Positions 19,842 through 29,489 of a stretch of DNA of 64,000 nucleotides are shown here, in pieces (within the stretch, counting starts at the first letter, position 1; each line of letters begins with the position of its first letter). This stretch comes from an uncultured Bacilli bacterium (GTDB lineage Bacteria > Bacillota_I > Bacilli_A > RFN20 > CAG-826). The notes under the pieces were generated by a model. That model was not told where the DNA came from and made no database searches. It was given only the letters and a program-made list of their open reading frames with translations. Location: contig CAKVCX010000001.1 of NCBI GenBank assembly GCA_934725985.1, positions 365,910 through 429,909 of the forward strand, in the 5' to 3' direction. The translations under genes and the position numbers were made by a program.

Positions 19842-20305
19842 TTTTTTTCTAAATCCACATATTTGCCAGAAACAAGATTAATCAAATCATTCGGATCTAG
19901 TCCCACTTGATATCCTCTTTTGCCACCAGAAACATAAATTAAGTCGAAGATTTGGGCTGTTTCGTCTATAAAAACCGGAAATTGTTTTTTTAAGCCAATA
20001 GGAGAACATCCCCCATGGATATAGCCTGTTAAAGGCAGCAATTCCTTTTGCTTTATCATAATGATAGATTTACAGCCGACTGCTTTAGCCGCTTTTTTTA
20101 AATCTAGCTCTTTATTTACTGGCACGCAAAAAACATAATGTTCTCTTTTTTCGTTTTCAGTAATCAATGTTTTAAAAACGCAATCTGGATTCTCGTTTAA
20201 GCAATTTGCAACGCTTTCTCCATCACTAACTTCTTCTGAATAAGTCTTTTCTATATATTTGATATTTTTTGTAGCAAGCAAACGCATCACATTAGTTTTG
20301 TCCAT
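19838..20305 (-). CDS. YbaK/ProX-like aminoacyl-tRNA deacylase
   Basis: 155 aa, YbaK-domain size, with GYIHGGCSPIG and conserved Lys. Confidence 0.55.
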   Translation of the reverse strand: MDKTNVMRLLATKNIKYIEKTYSEEVSDGESVANCLNENPDCVFKTLITENEKREHYVFCVPVNKELDLKKAAKAVGCKSIIMIKQKELLPLTGYIHGGCSPIGLKKQFPVFIDETAQIFDLIYVSGGKRGYQVGLDPNDLINLVSGKYVDLEKN

Positions 20306-20371
20306 GCTTTTATTATATAAAGAAAAAGCCCAGGAGCTAGCCTAGGCATAAATAATAAACGTTATTAGTAC

Positions 20372-20920
20372 TTATTTTACAAGTGCGCCGGCAAAGCCAC
20401 CTAAGCCACCAACAATCCCGAAAATACCGCCTAAGATTGCGCCAACTTCCATCTTTCCTGAAACGGCTTCTTTAGCATATTTGCTGCCGGAAGCTAATAT
20501 TTCATCTAAATTAGAAGAGATAAAATTATTTGGGGTAACAAACATAAATATGCCGGCAACAAGCAAGCATAAACCACCAACTAACGATAATAATTTAGCA
20601 AGCTTACCTTTTTTCAAATAAACAAAGACAGCACCTAAAAGCAAGGAAAGAGAGCCAGCAATCGAAAGAATAAAGCCAATTAAACCCAGGGTAGATCCAA
20701 TTAACAATTGATCGCCGCTATCTGTTTTAGTGCCAAAGAATACGTCAGTCCCTTTATAGGTTGCAATAGTACCTTCTAAAGTTTTTCCTGCGACTGTGTA
20801 AGAAAAGAAAGAAGAAGCAAAATTTGTTACCATTGGCAAAACTATGGTAAGAACTCCAAAGACGAGGGCTGCCATCATTACAAATAATGACAAAGTAGAT
20901 TTTTTAGTTTTTTTAGCCAT
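20372..20920 (-). CDS. Gly-rich small integral membrane protein (hypothetical)
   Basis: 182 aa, 4 predicted TM helices, G/A/L-rich; K-rich N-terminus. Confidence 0.4.
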   Translation of the reverse strand: MAKKTKKSTLSLFVMMAALVFGVLTIVLPMVTNFASSFFSYTVAGKTLEGTIATYKGTDVFFGTKTDSGDQLLIGSTLGLIGFILSIAGSLSLLLGAVFVYLKKGKLAKLLSLVGGLCLLVAGIFMFVTPNNFISSNLDEILASGSKYAKEAVSGKMEVGAILGGIFGIVGGLGGFAGALVK

Positions 20921-21016
20921 AAAGACTTATATACCACCTTTCAAATAATCATTTTACATAAAAATTAGCCAACAAAAAGAGAATAAATAAAATAACTTAC
21001 AAAAACTATAAATTGT

Positions 21017-22753
21017 CTATTTATCGTTTCCTTGTTCTAAAAGGGATAATTCTTTCTTTAGTTTACTTTGGCTTAAAGAAAGCTTTTCCTTCTCTTCACT
21101 AGATAAGCCTTTAATTAAATTCAGTTGGGAATTGATATCGGATATTTTATCTTTTATAGGATAATTGGGGTTAGAAATAAGGGCTCTTAATCTCTTATCG
21201 GAAGCAATAACTTCAGAAATGGGCTTCTTTTCTTTTTTCAAGGAGGAAGCTTTCTTCACTTTGGAGGGTTCTTTTTTCTTATTTATGTTATCCTTTTTTC
21301 CCTTGACCTCGCTCTTTTTTAAAGGAGCTTTTCCTCTTTTTATTTCTTTAGTAGCTAGTGTTTCGTTCCTAGTTTTAGCCTCAATCCTAGATTTTACTTT
21401 TTCTTCTGGAATCGCAACAACCAAAACAGGCGAAGCAATAGCCATTCCTAGTTTATCTTCTTGTTTGCTTGCACTTTCTTCCTTCTTAGGCATTTTGGTT
21501 TCTTTTGAAATAAAAGGAACATCCTTTTTTTTGATTTTCTTAGGCGCTTCTTTTGGCTTTAAGTTATCTCTTTTTGTCTTTTCCTTGTCCTTTATTGCTT
21601 TAGAGAAATCAAAATAAACATGAAAGCCATTATTCGCCTTTTCTGCAATTACTTCGAAAGAAGAATACATGAAAGAAGTTTTATTTTTCTTAGAAAGAAG
21701 GGAATAGATTTTTGAACTAATTTGTTCAAAATCATTTAAGGTAAGATCAACATCGCCATGCACTCCTTTAACGAAAGGAATTGAGGGGTCGCGGAACATC
21801 AAGTTATAGTGGTGTGCTACTTGGTGAAGCGCATCTTCGACTTTCCAACCACTTCCAAAATATAATTTTTCATTCGGCTTGTCGATTAATTCTTTCTTTT
21901 TTAAATCCTTTTTATCCTCTTGCTTAGAAGAATATTCCTTTAACAAGGCGTTCAATTTGGTGCTATCGTAAACCAAAGATATCTCTTTTGCTTCTTCTTT
22001 GCTTAACTTAGCAATATTTTTAAGCTGGTATTTTATATCTTCTATTCTTTTTTCTTTCGAATAAGAAGATGAAAGGAATCTTTCCTTTAATTTAGAATCC
22101 GTTTCGACTGTTTTATTAAAAACATAAGAACGTTTTGGTTCTATTTTCTCTTTTGGAGTATTTCTTTGCTTGCTTTGATTGTTTCTATTTTCGTTATTGT
22201 TTTTAAGTAAGCCACTATTCCTTTGTAAAGTCCCGCCCTTTGTAATTTTATAAACACAAACTCTATACCCTTTTTGACTGCCTAAATTATTAAGCTTAAT
22301 TAGGTCTTCTGCTAAATGATTGTCTTGGGTAATAACAGCAATTTTAGAAGTTATGCGATCATTAGATACACGAACATATATGGCATTATCGGCAAAGTTT
22401 TGATTCTTTTCTTTTTTACTAATCGTCAATAATTTTTTCCATGTAGCATGACGAAGTATTTTTAATGCTCTTTTTGCCGCGATACGTTTCGAATCATTAT
22501 TCTTATCGTGGACATGTTTTTTCAATTCATCTTCACATTTTTGAAAAACTATTATTGGTTGTCCTGCTTTGCGATATTCTTTGGCGTTTTCAATAACGTC
22601 CATCCATTCAGGGAAATTTTCATCCATAAGAGAGCAAGTATCCAATATGATATAGTCGAATGGATTCAATAATTCGGCCATCTCAGAGGATTTTCTCTCA
22701 TCAATAAACATATTTTTATATTTTCTATAAACCTCCTTTTTAGAATTATACAT
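21017..22753 (-). CDS. PIN-like domain protein with long Lys/Glu-rich low-complexity C-terminal tail
   Basis: N-terminal DYIILDTCSLMD…(PIN-type acidic residues) followed by ~350 aa of K/E/S-rich repeats (KKEKK, EKLSLSQSKLKKELSLL). Confidence 0.4.
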   Translation of the reverse strand: MYNSKKEVYRKYKNMFIDERKSSEMAELLNPFDYIILDTCSLMDENFPEWMDVIENAKEYRKAGQPIIVFQKCEDELKKHVHDKNNDSKRIAAKRALKILRHATWKKLLTISKKEKNQNFADNAIYVRVSNDRITSKIAVITQDNHLAEDLIKLNNLGSQKGYRVCVYKITKGGTLQRNSGLLKNNNENRNNQSKQRNTPKEKIEPKRSYVFNKTVETDSKLKERFLSSSYSKEKRIEDIKYQLKNIAKLSKEEAKEISLVYDSTKLNALLKEYSSKQEDKKDLKKKELIDKPNEKLYFGSGWKVEDALHQVAHHYNLMFRDPSIPFVKGVHGDVDLTLNDFEQISSKIYSLLSKKNKTSFMYSSFEVIAEKANNGFHVYFDFSKAIKDKEKTKRDNLKPKEAPKKIKKKDVPFISKETKMPKKEESASKQEDKLGMAIASPVLVVAIPEEKVKSRIEAKTRNETLATKEIKRGKAPLKKSEVKGKKDNINKKKEPSKVKKASSLKKEKKPISEVIASDKRLRALISNPNYPIKDKISDINSQLNLIKGLSSEEKEKLSLSQSKLKKELSLLEQGNDK

Positions 22754-22830
22754 TAATAAAAAGGAAACAATAATCTAAAAAGAAAGCCCTGGAGAAAACC
22801 AAGGCTTAAAGAATTTAATTTAGTCCAAAG

Positions 22831-24294
22831 TTAAATTGTTTTAGTGGTGTCGATTAATTTAGCGTTGCCAATAAAGTTTCTAACAGAAGAGGCGGCGCTG
22901 ATAGCGGATTCTTTTGAAGGATAAGTCTCACCCATGACAAGCACAGCCCCATTTTCACTATAGACACGGAATTGATATCTATTTTGTTTATCTCTAGAAA
23001 TAGACATAGAACCAGCTATAACCTTGTTTTTAATGTTCTCAATAGCTTTAGTTACTGCATTTTTCGAGGAATAGGTAGTAGTAGAAAATAAAAGCACACC
23101 ATTAGAAGCTAATAAACGTCCTTTCCATTTTTTTGTCTCTTCATCTATGTAAAGTTCAATCTTCCCATTATTGGAAGGATTTATAGGAGGAAGATCGACT
23201 TTCCATTCCCTGATTTCGTTTTCAGGAATGCCATCTAAATCTACCTCTTTATGAGCTTTATAGAATTTTGTAACAGAACTTAAAGCATTTTGGGCTGACA
23301 AAAGGGTTGGATAAATTTCTCCAGCTACCACAAGACGAGAATCATTGGATGTATAGATCCTAAATTGGGAAAAGCCATTTTTATCAGTCACTATCTTTTT
23401 AGATCCTTCTTTAACATTTTTCCTTAAGGTTGCGATTCCATTATGCGCGCCTTCTCTAGTTTTATATGAAGAGGAGACCAATAAAATTTCACCATTATTT
23501 GCTTTTAAACGATATTTATAAAAACCGGCTTCAGGGAATACTTCATATTTTCCCACTTGGCGATTGTTCTTTTGTTTAATCTCCAATTCACTAGAAGCTT
23601 CTACATTTTTTTCTTCCTTTGTAGGGGGCATTTCGTTAGCTAAAGGCTCTTTATTTTCCTGCCTTTTTTTAGTTTCAAGAGCAGGCTTAGTCACACTTTT
23701 TTCTTCTACGTTAGGAGCATTATCGGCTTCATTGTTTTCTTTATCAATAGGAGTATCTAGAGCAGACTCAAGTGGTTCTTTTATTTCTTCTACTTTTTCT
23801 TGTTTAATTTCAACCTTATTAGAAGAAGTTTTCTCACTCTTACTAGAGACAGCGAAAGCAAATCTAAACGAGGCAACAGCAAGGCAAAGCAAAACGGCAG
23901 CCAATGTAATATATAAAATAGATGCCTCGGCTAAAGTTAAAGATGCAAGAACGCCAGCGAAAGCAAACAAGGAGGCAATAAGAAATCCTAGTAATCCAAT
24001 TAGTATCTTCGCTCTTTTTCTTGCAAACATCCCAATTAAGCCAACTAAGAAACAAGCAATAAAAAGATAGCCCCAAATGCTATCAACCAAAGCCATAGCC
24101 TTAAAAAGCCCTTCTGAATAGGGAGAGTAATTAAAAGCAACTACGTTCTTAAGATGAGAAAGTAATCCATTATTCTCCGCAAAGAAAGTGTCTTTACTTA
24201 AAATAATGAAAGTCGCTTCAATAGATGATAAGACGATAATCAAGGCAAAAATCACCCATGTAATAATAGAAATTCTTTTTTCTTTTTGTTCCAT
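22831..24294 (-). CDS. membrane protein with tandem YegP/DUF1508 domains
   Basis: N-terminal 4 TM helices, then an acidic linker and two DUF1508-like repeats (YKYRLKANNGEILLVSSSYKTREGAHNGIATL / RYQFRVYSENGAVLVMGETYPSKESAISAASSV). Confidence 0.5.
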   Translation of the reverse strand: MEQKEKRISIITWVIFALIIVLSSIEATFIILSKDTFFAENNGLLSHLKNVVAFNYSPYSEGLFKAMALVDSIWGYLFIACFLVGLIGMFARKRAKILIGLLGFLIASLFAFAGVLASLTLAEASILYITLAAVLLCLAVASFRFAFAVSSKSEKTSSNKVEIKQEKVEEIKEPLESALDTPIDKENNEADNAPNVEEKSVTKPALETKKRQENKEPLANEMPPTKEEKNVEASSELEIKQKNNRQVGKYEVFPEAGFYKYRLKANNGEILLVSSSYKTREGAHNGIATLRKNVKEGSKKIVTDKNGFSQFRIYTSNDSRLVVAGEIYPTLLSAQNALSSVTKFYKAHKEVDLDGIPENEIREWKVDLPPINPSNNGKIELYIDEETKKWKGRLLASNGVLLFSTTTYSSKNAVTKAIENIKNKVIAGSMSISRDKQNRYQFRVYSENGAVLVMGETYPSKESAISAASSVRNFIGNAKLIDTTKTI

Positions 24295-24545
24295 AAAATT
24301 TTCCCTTCTTTTATGTAGACAATATTATTTTTCCCACTTTTATAAAATAAAACAATACATAAAAATTCATTATTTCTAGTCAAATGTAAAAAGCAACCAA
24401 AAATCAATACACGTGTTAACTATTTTTGAAAACGGAAAAATTATAACAATAAAAGTATCGATAAATAAATGGTTTTATACGAATCTTAGCAACTTAATAT
24501 ATACACGACTAAGCTTATTTATTTCTTTATATTAAGATATTTAAA

Positions 24546-24575
24546 AAGCCCATAAGTTTTTCTTACGGGCCAATA
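24546..24575 (-). terminator. rho-independent terminator after pmbA (minus strand)
   Basis: GCCCGTAAG-aaaaa-CTTATGGGC hairpin followed by TTTTT on the minus strand, 4 nt past the pmbA stop. Confidence 0.45.
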
Positions 24576-24578
24576 AAT

Positions 24579-25901
24579 TCATTTTCCCCCGATGGAAAGT
24601 TTCTTTATATAAGCATCTCCGACTGAAATTGAAGAAGAATCAAGCTCATTTCTATTCGAAAATCCCTTTAAATCCTTAAACAAAGTAAGCAAATTGCCTG
24701 ATATTGTAATTAGATTTAATGGTTCTTCTATTTTCCCGTTTCTAATCATATATCCTTCAGCTTGACAGGAAAAATTACCAGAATTAGCATTCATCCCTGT
24801 TCCTAAGCCGGCAATTTCTGTAATGTATACTCCTTCTTTAATTGGCGAGATTAGCTCATCAAAACTTTGTCGCCCTGGTTTAACAAAAATATTACCAAAG
24901 TCGGTTCCTATTTTTGAGCCTTCCCAAACACCATTCCCGGTAGAATTTGTCTTATCTATAAATGCGGTTTCCCTATTATAAAAATAAGATTTTAAAATAC
25001 CATTTTTAATTATGACCTTATTCATGGTAGCAACGCCTTCATCATCGAAATAAGAGAAGAAAACATTTTTGGCTAAAGGTTTCTCCTCAATTGTTAATTT
25101 AGAGGAAGCAACTTTTTCATTTAATTTTCCTTCTAGAAAAGAGGAATGGCGTTGCACTTCATCGGCGATTGCAGATTGAAGGAAATAAGTAATTAAATCA
25201 GAAACAATGGATTTATCTAAAACTGTTGGATATTTCTTAGAAGCACAAGGTTTCCCATTGAATTTTGAAATAGTCTTCTTGACTATACTTTGAGCAAATT
25301 CTTTAGGATTGAACTTTGAAATATCATTGCCAAAATAGACATCATAATAAGTCTTGGTTTCATTATTTTCCCTTGCAACCGCTCCGCCAACAATGGTAGC
25401 AAAATTATTCTTTTGACTAAGTTTTAGACCAAATGAATTATAAAATTCGGTACTTGTTTCTCTTTCGGAATAAGAAACCCCGTCGGCATCGCTAACACGT
25501 TTATCCGCTTTATATATTTCATCTTCAAATTCTTTTAATAAAGCTAACTTCTTTTCTATAGGCATAGAAGAGAGTTCCTTATTGAAGACATTTCTTTTCT
25601 TATATTTAGGCGACCCTTCAAATAGTCCTATCGCGTTTTTCTTTTCTGAATAAGTAGCAGTCAAAATTATTTGTTCGGTTAAGAATTCAAAGGCACCTTT
25701 ATCAAGTTTTTCAGTACGTCCATAACCGAATTTGCCCTCATAAATCCCACAAGCTACCAATGATTGGCTAGAAGAAACTTTATAATTATCTATTTCATGG
25801 TGAAATAGCTTTATCCCAATACTTGAACTTTTAAAGACTTGAATTTGAGATTGGGTAATGCCTTTGCTTTTGGCTAAATCAAAAAATTTTTGGCAGTTCA
25901 T
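24579..25901 (-). CDS. pmbA: TldE/PmbA metalloprotease partner subunit
   Basis: TldD/PmbA family fold without HExxxH; 4-nt overlap with the upstream tldD. Confidence 0.75.
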   Translation of the reverse strand: MNCQKFFDLAKSKGITQSQIQVFKSSSIGIKLFHHEIDNYKVSSSQSLVACGIYEGKFGYGRTEKLDKGAFEFLTEQIILTATYSEKKNAIGLFEGSPKYKKRNVFNKELSSMPIEKKLALLKEFEDEIYKADKRVSDADGVSYSERETSTEFYNSFGLKLSQKNNFATIVGGAVARENNETKTYYDVYFGNDISKFNPKEFAQSIVKKTISKFNGKPCASKKYPTVLDKSIVSDLITYFLQSAIADEVQRHSSFLEGKLNEKVASSKLTIEEKPLAKNVFFSYFDDEGVATMNKVIIKNGILKSYFYNRETAFIDKTNSTGNGVWEGSKIGTDFGNIFVKPGRQSFDELISPIKEGVYITEIAGLGTGMNANSGNFSCQAEGYMIRNGKIEEPLNLITISGNLLTLFKDLKGFSNRNELDSSSISVGDAYIKKLSIGGK

Positions 25902-27307
25902 TCTAATTTGCCTCCACGTCCACCGACTGTAATTTCTTTAATTCTAATAGTAGGTTGCCCTACATTTACTGGTACAAGCCCAGACAAAGAGCCACACATC
26001 CCTTGTCCTAAAGCAACATCATTGCCTACGCGGTCGATATTCATCAATACCTCTTTTCCAGATCCAATTAAAGTACAGCCTTTTACTGGCTCGCAAATTT
26101 TTCCATCGCGAATAATATAAGCTTCGCTTGCAGAAAAATTAAATTCCCCGGTTGAAGGTTCAACAGAACCTCCACCGAAGTCTGCAACATAAATGCCTAG
26201 CTTAGTATCTTTAATGATATCTTTGGGATCATCTTTCCCTTTTGCAATATAGGTATTAGACATTCTAGAAGTAGGAGCATATCTATAATTTTGTCTTCTA
26301 GAACAGCCATTTGGTTCCATATTGAGTCTTCTACCATTTGCCTTATCTACTAAAAAGCCAACGCAAACGCCATCCTTAATTAGTTGATTTTTTTCAGTAA
26401 CGTGTCCTTCGGAATCAATATTATTCGACCCCCATTCATTAGGTAAGGTTCCATCATCATAAGCAGAAACAATATTGGAAGCGATTTGCTCGCCTATTGA
26501 ATCAGAAAATACTGATAAATGTTTAGCGGTGGCCGTTGCTTCTAAGGAATGACCGCAAGCCTCATGGAAAATAACGCCTCCCCACCCATTTGTAATGACA
26601 ACAGGATACCTACCGGAAGGACATTCTTTTGCATTTAACATCATTACGGCTTTTTCACCAATTTCCTTTGCTTTCTTTTTATAATCGAGAATATCTGTAA
26701 AATAATGCCAGCCGTCATATCTTCCAGGTCCTGAAAAACTAGTTTCTATAGAACCGTTTTCACCACTAGCAAGAGCCATCATGGTTAAACGGCCCCTCTC
26801 TTCAAAATTCTCGAATTGTTTTGCTTCATTTGATTCGGCTATGAACAATTCAATTTTCTTTCTATAACTAGAGAAAGAATCCACAATACGAACCAATTTT
26901 GTGGAAACGCTTTTAGTAATTTCGTAACATTGTTTTAAATAAGCTATTTTTTCTTCTGGTTTTACTTGGTCTAGATGATCGCTAATTTTGTTAATTATTT
27001 TAACTTTTTCTTTCTTTATCGAATCTACTTTTATTGCTCTTTCACCCTGAAAACTTGAAGATAGCTTATTAGCTAAATCCAATAGGCTTTTTCTTGATAA
27101 ATCAGATGTATAGCCATAAACAGAAGCAAAACCTTTCAAAATCCTTATCCCTGCTCCATAAGATAAGGTACTTCCAACGCTTTCAACCTTGCCATTTTCT
27201 AATGAAAAGGCAGAAGAAAGGGTCTCTTCTAAATAAATTTCAGCATAATCGCCACCAGATGATAACGAAGCATTTAATACATCCAAGGCAACGGATTTAG
27301 ATATCAT
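25898..27307 (-). CDS. tldD: TldD metalloprotease
   Basis: HEACGHSLEA (HExxxH zinc site) and GxC motif of the TldD family. Confidence 0.8.
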   Translation of the reverse strand: MISKSVALDVLNASLSSGGDYAEIYLEETLSSAFSLENGKVESVGSTLSYGAGIRILKGFASVYGYTSDLSRKSLLDLANKLSSSFQGERAIKVDSIKKEKVKIINKISDHLDQVKPEEKIAYLKQCYEITKSVSTKLVRIVDSFSSYRKKIELFIAESNEAKQFENFEERGRLTMMALASGENGSIETSFSGPGRYDGWHYFTDILDYKKKAKEIGEKAVMMLNAKECPSGRYPVVITNGWGGVIFHEACGHSLEATATAKHLSVFSDSIGEQIASNIVSAYDDGTLPNEWGSNNIDSEGHVTEKNQLIKDGVCVGFLVDKANGRRLNMEPNGCSRRQNYRYAPTSRMSNTYIAKGKDDPKDIIKDTKLGIYVADFGGGSVEPSTGEFNFSASEAYIIRDGKICEPVKGCTLIGSGKEVLMNIDRVGNDVALGQGMCGSLSGLVPVNVGQPTIRIKEITVGGRGGKLE

Positions 27308-27590
27308 GAATTACTCCTCGTTCACTTTTAAGTGCGTTTAATAGTGTATCTTTAAAATCAATAACTACAATAAATTTATAAATGACCTTTCTTAAAATAA
27401 GGAAGTCAAATCCAAACAAAATAATTATTAGAAATAAAACGTCACATTAGTTAAACCAATTTAAATGACTTTTTATTTAACACATTTAGAACGTGGAAAA
27501 TTAATATTGAAGGAAATAGCAAATTCGTGTATCTTATCTACCGAACTCTCTGTGTGGCAGCTTGCCATACGGCGAAAGGAGTAAATGGAC

Positions 27591-27809
27591 ATGAAAAAAG
27601 AAATCCATCCGGACTATCACAAGTGCATCGTTACCTGCACTACCTGCGGTTCCACATTTGAAACCGGCTCTACCTTAGACGAAATCAAGGTTGATACCTG
27701 CTCAAATTGCCACCCATTCTATACCGGAAAGCAACGTTTTGTCGCTAACGACGGAAGAATCGATCGTTTCAACAAAAAACTTGCCAAGTCTAATCAAAAC
27801 AAGAAATAA
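27591..27809 (+). CDS. rpmE: 50S ribosomal protein L31
   Basis: [11 protein letters not shown]…CxxC…CxxCHP zinc-ribbon L31 signature. Start at 27591 (AAGGAG 9 nt upstream) rather than 27585. Confidence 0.9.
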   Translation: MKKEIHPDYHKCIVTCTTCGSTFETGSTLDEIKVDTCSNCHPFYTGKQRFVANDGRIDRFNKKLAKSNQNKK

Positions 27810-27836
27810 ACAATATTGTTTATAAATGGTAAAATA

Positions 27837-27866
27837 ACCGCGCATAAAAACGCGGTTTTATTTTTC
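27837..27866 (+). terminator. rho-independent terminator after rpmE
   Basis: ACCGCG-cataaaaa-CGCGGT hairpin followed by a TTTTaTTTTT run. Confidence 0.7.
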
Positions 27867-27878
27867 GAGGTTAAAATT

Positions 27879-29489
27879 ATGTCAAATAAAAAGTTTTATA
27901 TTACTACCCCAATATATTATCCAAGTGCCTCCCCACATTTAGGACACGCTTATTGCACGACTATGTGCGACATCATAGCTAGAGGAAAAAGATTAAGGGG
28001 ATTTGACACTTATTTTTTAACCGGCACTGATGAACATGGCGAAAAAATAGAAAAAAACGCCAAAGCAAAAGGAGTGACCCCTCAACAATTCGTTGATGAA
28101 GTGGCAACTAAGTTTAAAGACCTATGGAAAGCCATGTATATATCTAACGATGACTTTATTAGGACAACCGATAAAAGACACGTCGAAACCGTTACAAAGA
28201 TTTTTTCTCGTTTGTTAGAACAAGACGATATCTATCTTTCATCTTATACCGGCTGGTATTGTGTCCATGAAGAAACCTACTGGACCGAAACCCAAGTCGG
28301 GGAAGAGCATTTATGCCCTGAATGCCATAGACCAGTAGAGAAAAAAGATGAACCGGCTTATTTTTATAGATGCCAAAAATATGTTGATTCTTTGCTAAAG
28401 TATTACGAAGAAAACCCAAAGTTCATAACCCCGGAAAATAGAAAAAACGAAATGATTAATACTTTCATTAAGCCAGGGCTACAGGATTTATGCGTATCTA
28501 GGACTTCCTTTACTTGGGGAATACCAGTTAAAGAAAATCCAAAACATGTCATTTATGTTTGGCTAGACGCCTTAACAAATTACATTACGGCTTTAGGGTA
28601 TCTACAAAAAGACGATTCAAAATTTAAAAAATATTGGCAAGATGAAAATTGCGAAGTAGTTCATGTCATCGGGGCCGATATAACTAGATTCCATACTATT
28701 TATTGGCCGATGTTCCTTGAATCATTGGGATTAAGAAAACCTAATAGGATTTTTGTCCACGGTTTGTTAATGATGAAAGATGGAAAAATGTCTAAATCAA
28801 AAGGCAATACCATTTCAGCTTATCCGTTGATTGAAAGATATGGAGTAGACGCAGTTAGGTATTACATGGCCCTAGAAATTCCTTTTGGCATGGATGGAGT
28901 ATTTACTCCTGAACAATTTGTCATGAGGATTAACCAAGATTTAGCCAACAATTTAGGCAATTTATTAAATAGAACCGTTTCAATGATTAATAAATATTTT
29001 AATGGCATTATTCCTTCCTTTAAATCTAACATAACCCCACTAGATAAAGAGTTAGAAGAAATGTTGAATACTACAATCGCTAAATATGAAACTCTTTCTG
29101 ATGATTTAAAGGTAACCGAAGCCTATACCGAAGTCATGAATCTAGTTAGCAGGGCCAATAAATATATAGAAGAAACAACGCCTTGGTCATTAGCAAAAGA
29201 TGAGAATAAAAAAGAACAACTAGAATCAGTTATGTCCCATCTTTCGTTCGTTTTATTTGTCGCCGGAATGTTACTAAAACCAATTCTAGTTACCAAATCA
29301 GATAAGATTTTCGACCAATTAGGGTTAAAAGAAGAAATGCGTGTATACGAAAACATACATAATCCTTCCTGTTTAAATAATCTAAAAGTTGAAAAAGGAG
29401 AGCAATTATTCCCACGTTTAGACAGCGAAAGCGAAATTCAGGCCATAACATCAATGATGAATGGGCCAAAAGAAAAGGCTGCTGCTTAA
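27879..29489 (+). CDS. metG: methionyl-tRNA synthetase (short form, no C-terminal tRNA-binding domain)
   Basis: HIGH-class motif PHLGHAY, four Cys zinc knuckle, KMSKS. Start at ATG 27879 (GAGG RBS); the ORF-track N-terminal extension crosses the rpmE terminator. Confidence 0.9.
   Translation: MSNKKFYITTPIYYPSASPHLGHAYCTTMCDIIARGKRLRGFDTYFLTGTDEHGEKIEKNAKAKGVTPQQFVDEVATKFKDLWKAMYISNDDFIRTTDKRHVETVTKIFSRLLEQDDIYLSSYTGWYCVHEETYWTETQVGEEHLCPECHRPVEKKDEPAYFYRCQKYVDSLLKYYEENPKFITPENRKNEMINTFIKPGLQDLCVSRTSFTWGIPVKENPKHVIYVWLDALTNYITALGYLQKDDSKFKKYWQDENCEVVHVIGADITRFHTIYWPMFLESLGLRKPNRIFVHGLLMMKDGKMSKSKGNTISAYPLIERYGVDAVRYYMALEIPFGMDGVFTPEQFVMRINQDLANNLGNLLNRTVSMINKYFNGIIPSFKSNITPLDKELEEMLNTTIAKYETLSDDLKVTEAYTEVMNLVSRANKYIEETTPWSLAKDENKKEQLESVMSHLSFVLFVAGMLLKPILVTKSDKIFDQLGLKEEMRVYENIHNPSCLNNLKVEKGEQLFPRLDSESEIQAITSMMNGPKEKAAA

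Noticed and set aside
21165-21617. Plus-strand ORF antisense to the Lys-rich PIN-like gene; likewise 23564-24070 antisense to the DUF1508 gene
   Set aside because: Low-complexity antisense frames (runs of F/L/S from A/G-rich sense strand) with no start context.
27481-27590. Possible structured leader/T-box upstream of rpmE-metG
   Set aside because: Only a weak 5-bp hairpin (TGGCA/TGCCA). It is too short for a T-box and has no specifier or antiterminator features.
27816-27878. ORF-track N-terminal extension of metG (start 27816) and of rpmE (27585)
   Set aside because: The extension would read through the rpmE terminator hairpin. Conserved N-termini and RBS spacing support 27879 and 27591.
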